Positions 55,534 through 64,000 of a stretch of 64,000 nt of DNA are shown here, one piece after another (the stretch's first letter is position 1; every line of letters begins with the position of its first letter). Position numbers and translations under genes: made by a program. Under the pieces are notes generated by a model. That model was given only the letters and a program-made list of their open reading frames with translations, was not told the origin of the DNA and made no database searches. Source of the stretch: a virus; the IMG/VR virus record IMGVR_UViG_3300032307_000370, positions 63,726 through 127,725 of that record. One strand, 5' to 3'.

Positions 55534-55848
55534 ATGGAAATTACGAGTGTAGAATTACAAGAAAAAATTAACAAAGGTGAAAAGTTAATTATTGAATTTT
55601 GGGCAGAATGGTGTGGTCCTTGTAGAATGATGAAACCAATTTTTGAAAGAATCTCAAATGAAAATACTTCAGATGTACAAATGTACACGATGAATGTTGA
55701 TATGAATAGAGAAGTCGGTGCTTCATTAGGAATCAGAAGTATCCCAACTATTAAAGTAATTAACGGTGGTGAAGTAACAGAAACAAAAGTTGGTATGTTA
55801 AATGAGGGGCAACTAAAAGAGATGTTAACCGAATTAATAAATGGATAA
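55534..55848 (+). CDS. trxA: Thioredoxin
   Basis: FWAEWCGPC; IRSIPT. Confidence 0.93.
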   Translation: MEITSVELQEKINKGEKLIIEFWAEWCGPCRMMKPIFERISNENTSDVQMYTMNVDMNREVGASLGIRSIPTIKVINGGEVTETKVGMLNEGQLKEMLTELING

Positions 55849-56149
55849 GGTTGCGGTACTTTTTACGATGAAACAATGCCCGTTTTGTCATATGTTGAAA
55901 GAAATGTTAGACAAACAGGGCATTGAATATGTTGATCGTGATATTCACGAATATGAGGAAGAATACAACTTATTCGTTGAGGTTACCGAAAATGAATTTG
56001 TTCCGGCTTTTATGTTAATAGAATCTCCAGAAGATAACCCAACAACTAAGTTATTTGCTCCTGAGAGAGATTTTGAAGACATTAATGAAGGTGCTAAAAT
56101 CATTAAAGAATTTTTTGAAGATGGATTAGAAGACGATTACGTCCTCTAA
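55841..56149 (+). CDS. Glutaredoxin-like protein
   Basis: CPFC; FVPAF cis-Pro loop. Confidence 0.8.
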   Translation: MDKVAVLFTMKQCPFCHMLKEMLDKQGIEYVDRDIHEYEEEYNLFVEVTENEFVPAFMLIESPEDNPTTKLFAPERDFEDINEGAKIIKEFFEDGLEDDYVL

Positions 56150-56821
56150 TCTATCTTGAATTAAATATGGTTTTTCTCCTGTAGGGTCTAATATATCTTG
56201 TAAAAGATCATAATCCTCCACTTTAGTTTTAAAGTCCTCTAAATCAAAGTCAAATAGATCTAATATTAAAGATTTGATAATAGATTTATCTAAACCTGAT
56301 TTAGGGACGACTTTAATATTAAAATCCTCATCCTCATTTAACTTTTTTGTAAAAAATAATTGAACTTCATCGGTCATAATTGTACTATACATTTGATTAA
56401 ACATATAGTGAGTATAATAAACCATTAATCTACCACAATTTAAACTGTGACCATAAGGGAATTCTGAATTAATTGATATTTCACTTAAAGGTTCAGGTTC
56501 TTCGATGAAAGGGATTTTATTAACTTTAACCCAACCCTTCTCAATGTTAGGTATTTTTTGGTTATACTTTATAATATCAATAACATTTAGTGATTTAATT
56601 TCTAAATCATTTAAAATATCTTGAAATTTTTCGGTAAATTCATCTCTAATCAAATTTACGTCTAAAAATGTTTCACTTGTGGTTATACCATTTATAACAT
56701 AAAAAGATCCCACATCTGAAACTTGTATTATTGAATTTTCATTCTTATCAATTTTAGATAAAATGAAATCGGCAAATAAATTAACAATGCCTCTTTTTGA
56801 ATTTTTATTTATTAATCTCAT
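56126..56821 (-). CDS. Degenerate S-adenosylmethionine synthetase (MetK)-like protein
   Basis: ADFILSKI ~ SDAVLDAI; NGITTSETFLDV ~ [11 protein letters not shown]; lacks GHPD; only 231 aa. Confidence 0.45.
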   Translation of the reverse strand: MRLINKNSKRGIVNLFADFILSKIDKNENSIIQVSDVGSFYVINGITTSETFLDVNLIRDEFTEKFQDILNDLEIKSLNVIDIIKYNQKIPNIEKGWVKVNKIPFIEEPEPLSEISINSEFPYGHSLNCGRLMVYYTHYMFNQMYSTIMTDEVQLFFTKKLNEDEDFNIKVVPKSGLDKSIIKSLILDLFDFDLEDFKTKVEDYDLLQDILDPTGEKPYLIQDRLEDVIVF

Positions 56822-56882
56822 ACCTTTTTTTTACAATTGATATGGATTTTAAATGAATATATAAATAGTTAATTATTTTTAG

Positions 56883-57965
56883 TTAAATATATGAGGTTAA
56901 CATCTCATTTATATTTTTATCAACTTCTCGGTGATCAGGATAATCCGGTATTCTAAAATCTAAATATTCCATAGAGCCATCATCCATTAAATGTTTAATC
57001 ATCTGTGTGTATGACCCATGATATTCAAGAGAATCATCATTATATGTACCGGTAAATTCGGTTAAAAATGTATAGACATTACCAGAAAAATCACGTATTT
57101 TAATATATGGGCTATAATAAGTTTTATCATTTCTTGTATATTGTTCTTCAGTTATATTACCAATAAATAATCTTTCTAATTCTGACATAACATCATCATA
57201 AATTTCACTTTCATAAGCTGAGTTATATGAGTTATTATGGAGTGAATCTAATTCTTGTTTTAAATCGTTAAGATCCTCATCTAGAAGTAATTTCATTGAT
57301 TCCTCATCTCTAAGTAATTCACTTATATTTTCCGCCGTAATTGTAAATTCACCCGATTCGTTTGAAATACCCTCAAAAAAATCAGTATCATATTCCAAGG
57401 TTGATAAAGACTTATTACCAATATGTTCAAGTATGTAATTAGAGAGAACATCCAAGTTCTCTTTATTTAAAACTTCAATAACATCACTATACACATCATT
57501 GGTTGTATCCCAATATCGTTCCCAAAAATCCTCACCTAAAACTGATTTTGCAACATCATAAGGTGATGTGTCTCTACTATAAGACTTAAAAAATTCCGCA
57601 AGTTCTTCACGATCTTTTAAACGAAGATAATAATCTCCTTCACCTCTTATCTCTACATCAGTTAATATTTTATCACAAATAAAAGATAAAGTTTCTTTCG
57701 GATCTTTAGATAATTTATACAGGAGAAATTTATTCTCTAATTCATCAGGTACTGTATCATAGTCTAAATTATTTAAAAGACCTAAAGAATCTAAAAACTC
57801 CATTTCAGGAAATTCATCACTTGGAATCTGATTAACATCAATCCTATCTAAAAGGTTTTTACCTTTCAAAAACTTTAAAAACGTCGTAATTTTATTATTG
57901 AAAATGGGGGATATATCTTCCCAATCACCATTATTAAACGACCACAAAATACCTTTTAAATCCAT
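56883..57965 (-). CDS. Acidic hypothetical protein
   Basis: Probable start ATG 57965; minus-strand TATTTAT at 57975-57981. Confidence 0.6.
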   Translation of the reverse strand: MDLKGILWSFNNGDWEDISPIFNNKITTFLKFLKGKNLLDRIDVNQIPSDEFPEMEFLDSLGLLNNLDYDTVPDELENKFLLYKLSKDPKETLSFICDKILTDVEIRGEGDYYLRLKDREELAEFFKSYSRDTSPYDVAKSVLGEDFWERYWDTTNDVYSDVIEVLNKENLDVLSNYILEHIGNKSLSTLEYDTDFFEGISNESGEFTITAENISELLRDEESMKLLLDEDLNDLKQELDSLHNNSYNSAYESEIYDDVMSELERLFIGNITEEQYTRNDKTYYSPYIKIRDFSGNVYTFLTEFTGTYNDDSLEYHGSYTQMIKHLMDDGSMEYLDFRIPDYPDHREVDKNINEMLTSYI

Positions 57966-58033
57966 AACTAATATATAAATATAAAAAAAGGTGGAAAAAT
58001 AATTCTCCACCTCAACAAATAGCATTACACCTA

Positions 58034-58168
58034 TTACTTATTCTTGTAATATTTCTCAACAATTTTTTTCACAGATTCCTGAACCGTAGCATTTTGTGGT
58101 GCTGGTTGAGGTTGTGCTTGTGGTTGAGGTGCCGCTTGTGCTTGATTTTTTTTACATCCGCATCCCAT
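58034..58168 (-). CDS. Small MGCGC-motif peptide (44 aa, absent from ORF track)
   Basis: MGCGCKKNQAQAAPQPQAQPQPAPQNATVQESVKKIVEKYYKNK; own TATTTAT at 58200-58206 (minus). Confidence 0.7.
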   Translation of the reverse strand: MGCGCKKNQAQAAPQPQAQPQPAPQNATVQESVKKIVEKYYKNK

Positions 58169-58251
58169 AATCATTTGTTTTTATTAGGTTTATTTATCTA
58201 TAAATATCTAAAGATTATTATATTTGTAAATATTTGAATATTTATTGTTGT

Positions 58252-59784
58252 ATGTCAAGAGTTGTAAAAATTACGGAAAGTAACTTAATAAAAATTATTA
58301 AGAATATTATAAAAGAACAATCTGAGGGTGATGATGAATATTATGATATCACACCGGAACAATATTATAAATTATTAACCTCTGTTGGTAATCAAGCACA
58401 AGCAATACCTAGATTACCAATGTTTAAAGGTAAGAGAGTTAGAGTAGTTGGTAATTTAGATCTAAATGGTAAACCAATTAAAAGTTTAGGTGAATTAACG
58501 GTAACCGGTAAATTAAATATCCCATATACAAAAATTGAAAATTTAAATGGGGTTGATTACGGCCAACTTGGGTCTTATTATAGTACACCATATAACGATG
58601 AGATTGAAAGACGTAGAAAACAAAAAGAAAAAAATGATGCTGACCAAAGAAGAATTGATGATGAATGGAATTTAATGGATACCGACACCGAGGGTGAAAT
58701 GGCTCACGCTGTTTTTAATTATATGGTTAGTGAAGGTCAAATTGATGAGTTATCATACCCTGAAGTGGAAGAATTAATTGGGTTAAAAAGAAGATTAAAA
58801 GAACTTGAGGATAGAATAGAAGTAGAAACGGATGCTGACGTTGTAGACGAGTTAACCAATGATTACGATGAATTACAATATGATATAGATCAATTAGAAG
58901 ATAGAGATAATGATGTTTATGGTTTAATACCTGATGGAACTCATTGGGATATGCATGAGTTTAGATCTATACATGATGACACTAATGGAAATAGATATGC
59001 TGTTGGAACATATGCGGAAGCCGATAGATCCTTAAATGATTATTATGGTGATATGATAGATGATATGAGTAATAATTTTGATCGTAATACTTTATCTTAT
59101 CACATTGATGGTGATGAGGTTGCTGAATATTTTGAAGATTCGGTTAGAGAATGGGTATATAATGATCCTGATAATTATGATATTAAAAGAGATTTATCGT
59201 CATATCAAGAAAAAGAAATTAAGGAATTAAATTCTGAAAGTGAGGAATTAAATATTGAACTTGGACTAATAAGATACGGTATTTTACCACCATTAACTTT
59301 TGTTGTTAATAAAGATAATAATTGGGAATTTACCGATGGTGAAGGTAATAAAATAAATTACGAATTAACTTCGGATAATAATCACACCGTTTATATAAAC
59401 GGAACCCCAACCCTTAAAAATCCTGTTTATAAAGATGTTGATTGGGATGAAGTATCTGATATAATTGAGGAGAGAATTAGTGAGATTGAGGAAAGACTCA
59501 TAGATATACCTGACGATATTGAATTCATTAGAGATAATCCTGATGGTGATCCTGATGATGATGATGTTGATGAAAAAGTTGATGAAATACTTGAAGAAAT
59601 AAAAGATGATCCTGTTTCATGGTTAGATAATCATGGTATAGAATATACTAATTTTATTGATAAAGATTCCCTTAAAAGAGATTTAATTGATGAATCTGGG
59701 TATGGGGTATTATCATCGTATGATGGTACTTATGATGAAATTACTATAAATGATAATACCTACATTGTCTTTAGAATTGATTAA
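58252..59784 (+). CDS. Very acidic putative virion protein with two LRR-like repeats
   Basis: MSRVVKITESNLIKIIKNIIKEQ; GNLDLNGKPIKSLGELTVTGKLNIPYTKIENL; TATTTAT at 58239-58245. Confidence 0.6.
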   Translation: MSRVVKITESNLIKIIKNIIKEQSEGDDEYYDITPEQYYKLLTSVGNQAQAIPRLPMFKGKRVRVVGNLDLNGKPIKSLGELTVTGKLNIPYTKIENLNGVDYGQLGSYYSTPYNDEIERRRKQKEKNDADQRRIDDEWNLMDTDTEGEMAHAVFNYMVSEGQIDELSYPEVEELIGLKRRLKELEDRIEVETDADVVDELTNDYDELQYDIDQLEDRDNDVYGLIPDGTHWDMHEFRSIHDDTNGNRYAVGTYAEADRSLNDYYGDMIDDMSNNFDRNTLSYHIDGDEVAEYFEDSVREWVYNDPDNYDIKRDLSSYQEKEIKELNSESEELNIELGLIRYGILPPLTFVVNKDNNWEFTDGEGNKINYELTSDNNHTVYINGTPTLKNPVYKDVDWDEVSDIIEERISEIEERLIDIPDDIEFIRDNPDGDPDDDDVDEKVDEILEEIKDDPVSWLDNHGIEYTNFIDKDSLKRDLIDESGYGVLSSYDGTYDEITINDNTYIVFRID

Positions 59785-59825
59785 TATCTTTACAGAATAG
59801 TAAATTTTTATTATGTTTATGGTTA

Positions 59826-60608
59826 ATGGGAAGAAAGAAAAAAATAGAGTTTCTAATGAACACCGAATGGATGTTTGAAAAACCTATTGATCAAGAGCAC
59901 AAAGAATATAAATTACTATCGTACTTCCAAAAAATGGGAGAAAAATTAGACAACATGGAACTATATCCAAGTTTCATTGAATTGTCATTACATCTGGCAA
60001 ATATCCAAACTTTAATTAAAGATAAAAAAATCATCTATACTGATAAGAAATTTTCAACTATAGACGATGAGTTATTAGTTAAAGATCTGAAGATAAAAGA
60101 AATACCTAAATTAAATACGGAAGAAGGTGAAGAGTTTGCGAAAATTCTTACTTATAGCGCACCAAGAATGTTAGAATACTTCAATATTGCCAAATCAGTT
60201 TGGGAAATAGTTTTTGATAGTATTAACATGAGGGTAAAAAAAAATAAAGATAATGTTTTGGATAAAAAAGGGTATTTCTATTATGTTAACCCAAAAGATG
60301 AAATACATTATGTTTGGGAGTATGAAATAAAATCCGTTAATAAAAAATCACCTGAAAGTAAAACTTTAGTTAATTTAATTTATTCAGATAAAAAAAACGA
60401 TTTGACTATAACAAAAATTATTAATACATTTAGTCAATGGAACTTAGAGAACAAATCAAAGTTACCTCTTTTTGAAATGGTTTGTGATGGGGAATTTCCT
60501 ATAAACGAAACACTTTTACCATTATTTAAGAGAAAAATGATTAATTACGTTGGTCAGGTTCAAATGTTAGAAAACTACAAGAAAAACAAGGAACAATTAA
60601 ATTCTTAA
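59826..60608 (+). CDS. Hypothetical protein
   Basis: 260 aa. Confidence 0.6.
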   Translation: MGRKKKIEFLMNTEWMFEKPIDQEHKEYKLLSYFQKMGEKLDNMELYPSFIELSLHLANIQTLIKDKKIIYTDKKFSTIDDELLVKDLKIKEIPKLNTEEGEEFAKILTYSAPRMLEYFNIAKSVWEIVFDSINMRVKKNKDNVLDKKGYFYYVNPKDEIHYVWEYEIKSVNKKSPESKTLVNLIYSDKKNDLTITKIINTFSQWNLENKSKLPLFEMVCDGEFPINETLLPLFKRKMINYVGQVQMLENYKKNKEQLNS

Positions 60609-60609
60609 T

Positions 60610-60684
60610 ATGGACAAGATTTTTGAAGAACTAATTAAAAAAGATTCTAAAACCCCCAAATTTAAATCTCATGGGGTTCAATAA
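60610..60684 (+). CDS. Possible 24-aa peptide
   Basis: MDKIFEELIKKDSKTPKFKSHGVQ fills the gap between two genes. Confidence 0.3.
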   Translation: MDKIFEELIKKDSKTPKFKSHGVQ

Positions 60685-60853
60685 GAGATTTTTCACCAAA
60701 GAACATATTGTAAGAAATGTGAATAATATTGAGAGATATCTCAATGTTGATGCCGCATTCTTACGAGATGAATTTTCAAGAAAGGTCTATAAGTTATTTA
60801 ATGAGGGTAAAACAAAGGAAGAATTAATAAAATATATAAACGAAAATAAATGA
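60671..60853 (+). CDS. Hypothetical protein
   Basis: 60 aa; overlaps the glnII start. Confidence 0.55.
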   Translation: MGFNKRFFTKEHIVRNVNNIERYLNVDAAFLRDEFSRKVYKLFNEGKTKEELIKYINENK

Positions 60854-62157
60854 AAGTTAAATTAGAGTATGTATGGTTGGATGGGTACAAACCAGAACCC
60901 AACTTAAGGAGCAAAGTTAAAATTGTGGATTTTGAAACTATAAAAGACCAATTGAGAGATGGTAAAACTTCAATAGGAATGTGGAACTTTGATGGGTCAT
61001 CAACAAATCAGGCCGAGACCGGTAATTCAGATTGTTTGTTAAATCCTGTTAGAATCTACACAAAACAAGGGTTCCCAATGTATAACAGTACCGTTTATGT
61101 TTTATGTGAGGTATTAAACCCAGATGGGACACCTCATCAAACAAATAAACGATCAAATATTACTGATGGTTTTGATGATCTTTGGTTTGGGTTTGAACAA
61201 GAGTATTTTATTCGTGAGGAAGTAAATGGTAATATCTTGGGTCACAAAAGAAATATTCTTAAAGGACAAGGTGAATATTACTGTGGTGTTGGCCATAATG
61301 TTGTTGGTCGTGAATTTGTTGAAGAACATTTAGATATGTGTCTTGAGTACGGTATTGATATTACGGGAACAAACGCTGAAGTTGCTTTAGGGCAATGGGA
61401 ATATCAAGTATTTTCAAAAGGGAAACTAAATGGAGGTGATGACCTTTGGATGACAAGATACTTCCTATTTAAGATTGCGGAGAAATATGGTTACCATATT
61501 GAACTTCACCCAAAACCAATCACACACGGTGAGTGGAATGGTTCAGGTCTCCACACAAATTTCTCAACTGATATAATGAGAAATGAAAGTAATGAGAAAT
61601 ATTTTATGTCTTTATTCAACGCATTTGAATCAAGACACGAAGATCACATTAAGGCTTACGGATCAAATAATAACCTTCGTTTAACCGGTGAATATGAAAC
61701 ACAATCAATTGATAAATTCAGTTGGGGAGTGTCTGATCGTGGAGCGTCAATTAGAGTTCCTAAGGACACGGCAAAAGAATGGAAAGGATATGTTGAAGAT
61801 CGTAGGCCAGGATCAAATGCTGACCCATACAAAATCATTCGTGAGATTGTTAAATCATTGGATGTTACTCAGTTATTATATGATACAAAAAGTATGATCA
61901 ATAAAGATGTTGATATGAATGGTCTTAGTGAGAAGTATGGGACAATGTCTAACGAAGAATTATTAAAAGAATACCGAGAGGATGATGATTATGAGTTAGA
62001 TGGTGAAACCATGTTATCCAAAACAAATATTGAACCACAAGAAGAAATTGATTTGGTACAAAACTACATTGATAAAAGAGATAACAAAATTGTCAACCCA
62101 ATGCCGGATCTATTAAAAAATGCATTGATAAACGCTAAAAATTTAAACAATGGATAA
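60850..62157 (+). CDS. glnII: Glutamine synthetase type II with acidic C-terminal extension
   Basis: LEYVWLDG; WNFDGSST; GFEQEY; NAEVALGQWEY; HPKP...WNGSGLHTNFS; RLTGEYET; RGASIRVP; EDRRPGSNADPY. Confidence 0.92.
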   Translation: MKVKLEYVWLDGYKPEPNLRSKVKIVDFETIKDQLRDGKTSIGMWNFDGSSTNQAETGNSDCLLNPVRIYTKQGFPMYNSTVYVLCEVLNPDGTPHQTNKRSNITDGFDDLWFGFEQEYFIREEVNGNILGHKRNILKGQGEYYCGVGHNVVGREFVEEHLDMCLEYGIDITGTNAEVALGQWEYQVFSKGKLNGGDDLWMTRYFLFKIAEKYGYHIELHPKPITHGEWNGSGLHTNFSTDIMRNESNEKYFMSLFNAFESRHEDHIKAYGSNNNLRLTGEYETQSIDKFSWGVSDRGASIRVPKDTAKEWKGYVEDRRPGSNADPYKIIREIVKSLDVTQLLYDTKSMINKDVDMNGLSEKYGTMSNEELLKEYREDDDYELDGETMLSKTNIEPQEEIDLVQNYIDKRDNKIVNPMPDLLKNALINAKNLNNG

Positions 62158-62428
62158 AGAATGTGTATGTGGTGGAACAGGACCTTGTCAATGTCCTACA
62201 CCAAAATTAGAACAAGTAAATCACCCCCAACATTATGGTGGGGAAAATAACCCTTACGAAGCAATCAAAGTGATTGATGCTTGGGAATTAGGGTTTAGTT
62301 TAGGGAATACAGTAAAATATATAAGTCGTGCAGGAAAAAAAGGAAAAGACAAAGAACTTGAGGACCTCAGAAAGGCCCTCTGGTACCTCGAACACCACAT
62401 CAAAACAATCGAAAAAGACAGGTCTTGA
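62150..62428 (+). CDS. DUF3310-family protein
   Basis: VNHPQHY; GFSLGNTVKYISRAGKK; EDLRKALWYL. Confidence 0.88.
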   Translation: MDKECVCGGTGPCQCPTPKLEQVNHPQHYGGENNPYEAIKVIDAWELGFSLGNTVKYISRAGKKGKDKELEDLRKALWYLEHHIKTIEKDRS

Positions 62429-62720
62429 TACTGAGATTACAGTTTTAGATGCAATCACAACACCAAACGAATTAATCCGTGAAACCCTCATTAATTTTAT
62501 GTGGGGGTTACTTGGAAATTCAGTTGTGGTATTTGTATCTAAGGAAATGGACTTTATGGTTTTAATTAACTATATTATATATTATATCCTAATCTCTTAC
62601 ATAGTTAATAGAAAAAAATATGAAACTATGTTAGGTAAATTCATAGTACTTCCTGGATCTGCGGCAATAGGGGCTTTTACAGGATATAAGTTAGCGCAAA
62701 TAATAGTAAATTCATTATGA
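62328..62720 (+). CDS. Membrane protein (start uncertain)
   Basis: Three hydrophobic segments; the upstream ATG overlaps DUF3310 by 101 nt. Confidence 0.5.
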   Translation: MQEKKEKTKNLRTSERPSGTSNTTSKQSKKTGLDTEITVLDAITTPNELIRETLINFMWGLLGNSVVVFVSKEMDFMVLINYIIYYILISYIVNRKKYETMLGKFIVLPGSAAIGAFTGYKLAQIIVNSL

Positions 62721-63652
62721 AAATAGTTGTAACAGGAGGGGCGGGTTTTATAGGATCCGCATTTATTAATCATTTATTAGATAACTTTGAATGTGATGTT
62801 ATTTGTGTGGATAAACTAACATATGCTGGAAGTAGAGAGAATATTAAACATAATATATCATTTTTACAAAAAGACATTTGTGATGTAACAAGTGATGATT
62901 TAGGTGAATTTGATTATATTGTTCATTTTGCTGCGGAATCACACGTTGATAATTCAATTAAAAACGGATTACCATTTGTGAGAACAAATGTTGAAGGAAC
63001 TTTTAATTTATTGGAGATATCAAGAAAAAACAAAAAACTAAAAAAGTTTATACATATTTCAACAGATGAGGTATATGGTGACATGGACGAACATTTCTCT
63101 ATTAATCATACTGCAACTGAAACAAATGAAATTAAACCAAGTTCGTATTATTCCGCAACTAAAGCCGCATCTGATATGTTGGTAATGTCTGCTAACCGAA
63201 CTTATGGGTTACCTTACTTAATTACAAGAACCTGTAATAATTTTGGGGAACACCAATTTGAGGAAAAATTTCTCCCAACTATTGCGAGATCAATCAAAGA
63301 AGGTAAACCAATTCCGGTTTATGGTGACGGAAAACAAATAAGGGAGTGGATGTATGTTTATGATAATGTTAAAGTTATTTGTGATTTAATGTTTGATGAT
63401 GAGGTTATTAACCGAGTTATGAATATTGGGACCGGATTCAGAGTAACAAATTTGGATATTATTAAAACGATTGGATCAATCCTTAATCAGGATGTTCAAA
63501 TAGAGCACGTTGAAAATAGATTGGGTCATGATAAAAGATATGGATTAAACTCAAAACAAATGAAATTTTATTATTTAAATAAAGAAAAAACCGTTGAGTT
63601 TATGAATCTTTATGATTACTTAAAAAAAAATTATGGCAATGAAATGGAATAG
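62717..63652 (+). CDS. rfbB: dTDP-glucose 4,6-dehydratase
   Basis: GGAGFIG; DKLTYAG; HFAAESHVDNSI; STDEVYG; YSATK (YxxxK); NNFG; REWMYV; GHDKRY. Confidence 0.93.
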   Translation: MKIVVTGGAGFIGSAFINHLLDNFECDVICVDKLTYAGSRENIKHNISFLQKDICDVTSDDLGEFDYIVHFAAESHVDNSIKNGLPFVRTNVEGTFNLLEISRKNKKLKKFIHISTDEVYGDMDEHFSINHTATETNEIKPSSYYSATKAASDMLVMSANRTYGLPYLITRTCNNFGEHQFEEKFLPTIARSIKEGKPIPVYGDGKQIREWMYVYDNVKVICDLMFDDEVINRVMNIGTGFRVTNLDIIKTIGSILNQDVQIEHVENRLGHDKRYGLNSKQMKFYYLNKEKTVEFMNLYDYLKKNYGNEME

Positions 63653-63776
63653 AAATGAATGGCAAGGACGTTCAAAAGAACAGATTGAAAGAAATTATAA
63701 AGTATTTTGGATTGGAATAATAATATCTTTTTTCATTGGGGCTGGACTTTTAATTATTAATTTACTATCATTATAA
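63633..63776 (+). CDS. Small single-TM protein (47 aa, absent from ORF track)
   Basis: MAMKWNRNEWQGRSKEQIERNYKVFWIGIIISFFIGAGLLIINLLSL. Confidence 0.55.
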   Translation: MAMKWNRNEWQGRSKEQIERNYKVFWIGIIISFFIGAGLLIINLLSL

Positions 63777-63786
63777 AAAAAACAAA

Positions 63787-63996
63787 ATGGAATTAACACA
63801 ACAACAAATTGATGACATTGATAATATCCTTTTAACAATTGATGAGGACTTATCATTTGAAGAAAAACATGAGGAGGTAATGGATACGTGTTTAGATGAC
63901 GGGGTCTTCAATTTAGAAGACGATGAAGACGGAGATTTATACGAAGAGTATTCAAATTTAGTTTGGGATTATTTAGAAGAAAAAATAGAAGAATGA
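63787..63996 (+). CDS. Small acidic protein
   Basis: 69 aa, strongly D/E-rich. Confidence 0.55.
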   Translation: MELTQQQIDDIDNILLTIDEDLSFEEKHEEVMDTCLDDGVFNLEDDEDGDLYEEYSNLVWDYLEEKIEE

Positions 63997-64000
63997 TAGA

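Noticed and set aside
1-64000. Stop-codon reassignment, as seen in some large phages
   Set aside because: Long intact ORFs under code 11, with TAA, TGA (e.g. 6216, 19692) and TAG (48076) all used as real stops.

Overview
AT-rich (roughly 30% GC), gene-dense, mostly plus-strand segment of a large contractile-tailed (myovirus-like jumbo) phage genome, standard genetic code. The host is most likely Bacteroidota: TAnnTTTG promoter elements, no Shine-Dalgarno motifs, a Bacteroidota-type RpoD-like sigma, SprB repeats and an Hc1-like protein. Order: helicase C-terminus and class Ia ribonucleotide reductase (1-3.8 kb); baseplate and tail/adhesin module with SprB, Cys-rich and Pro/Thr-repeat proteins (3.9-30.5 kb), containing a glycosyltransferase resembling plant GT95/GT96 protein O-glycosyltransferases and a RuvC-like resolvase; primase, PD-(D/E)xK nuclease, SbcD and SbcC (30.6-37.3 kb); a fused BcgI-like restriction-modification gene with tandem palindromes upstream; a sigma factor followed by a GC-rich structured non-coding island; putative lysis and internal-head genes (41-50 kb); DnaJ, Dam-like methylase, an LRR protein, DUF932, thioredoxin, glutaredoxin, a degenerate MetK-like protein, glutamine synthetase II, DUF3310 and dTDP-glucose 4,6-dehydratase. 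No tRNA, rRNA, CRISPR array or IS element was recognised. The best candidate for a new system is phage-encoded O-glycosylation of mucin/extensin-like Pro/Thr stalks on tail proteins. All family assignments come from motif recognition by eye, not database searches.
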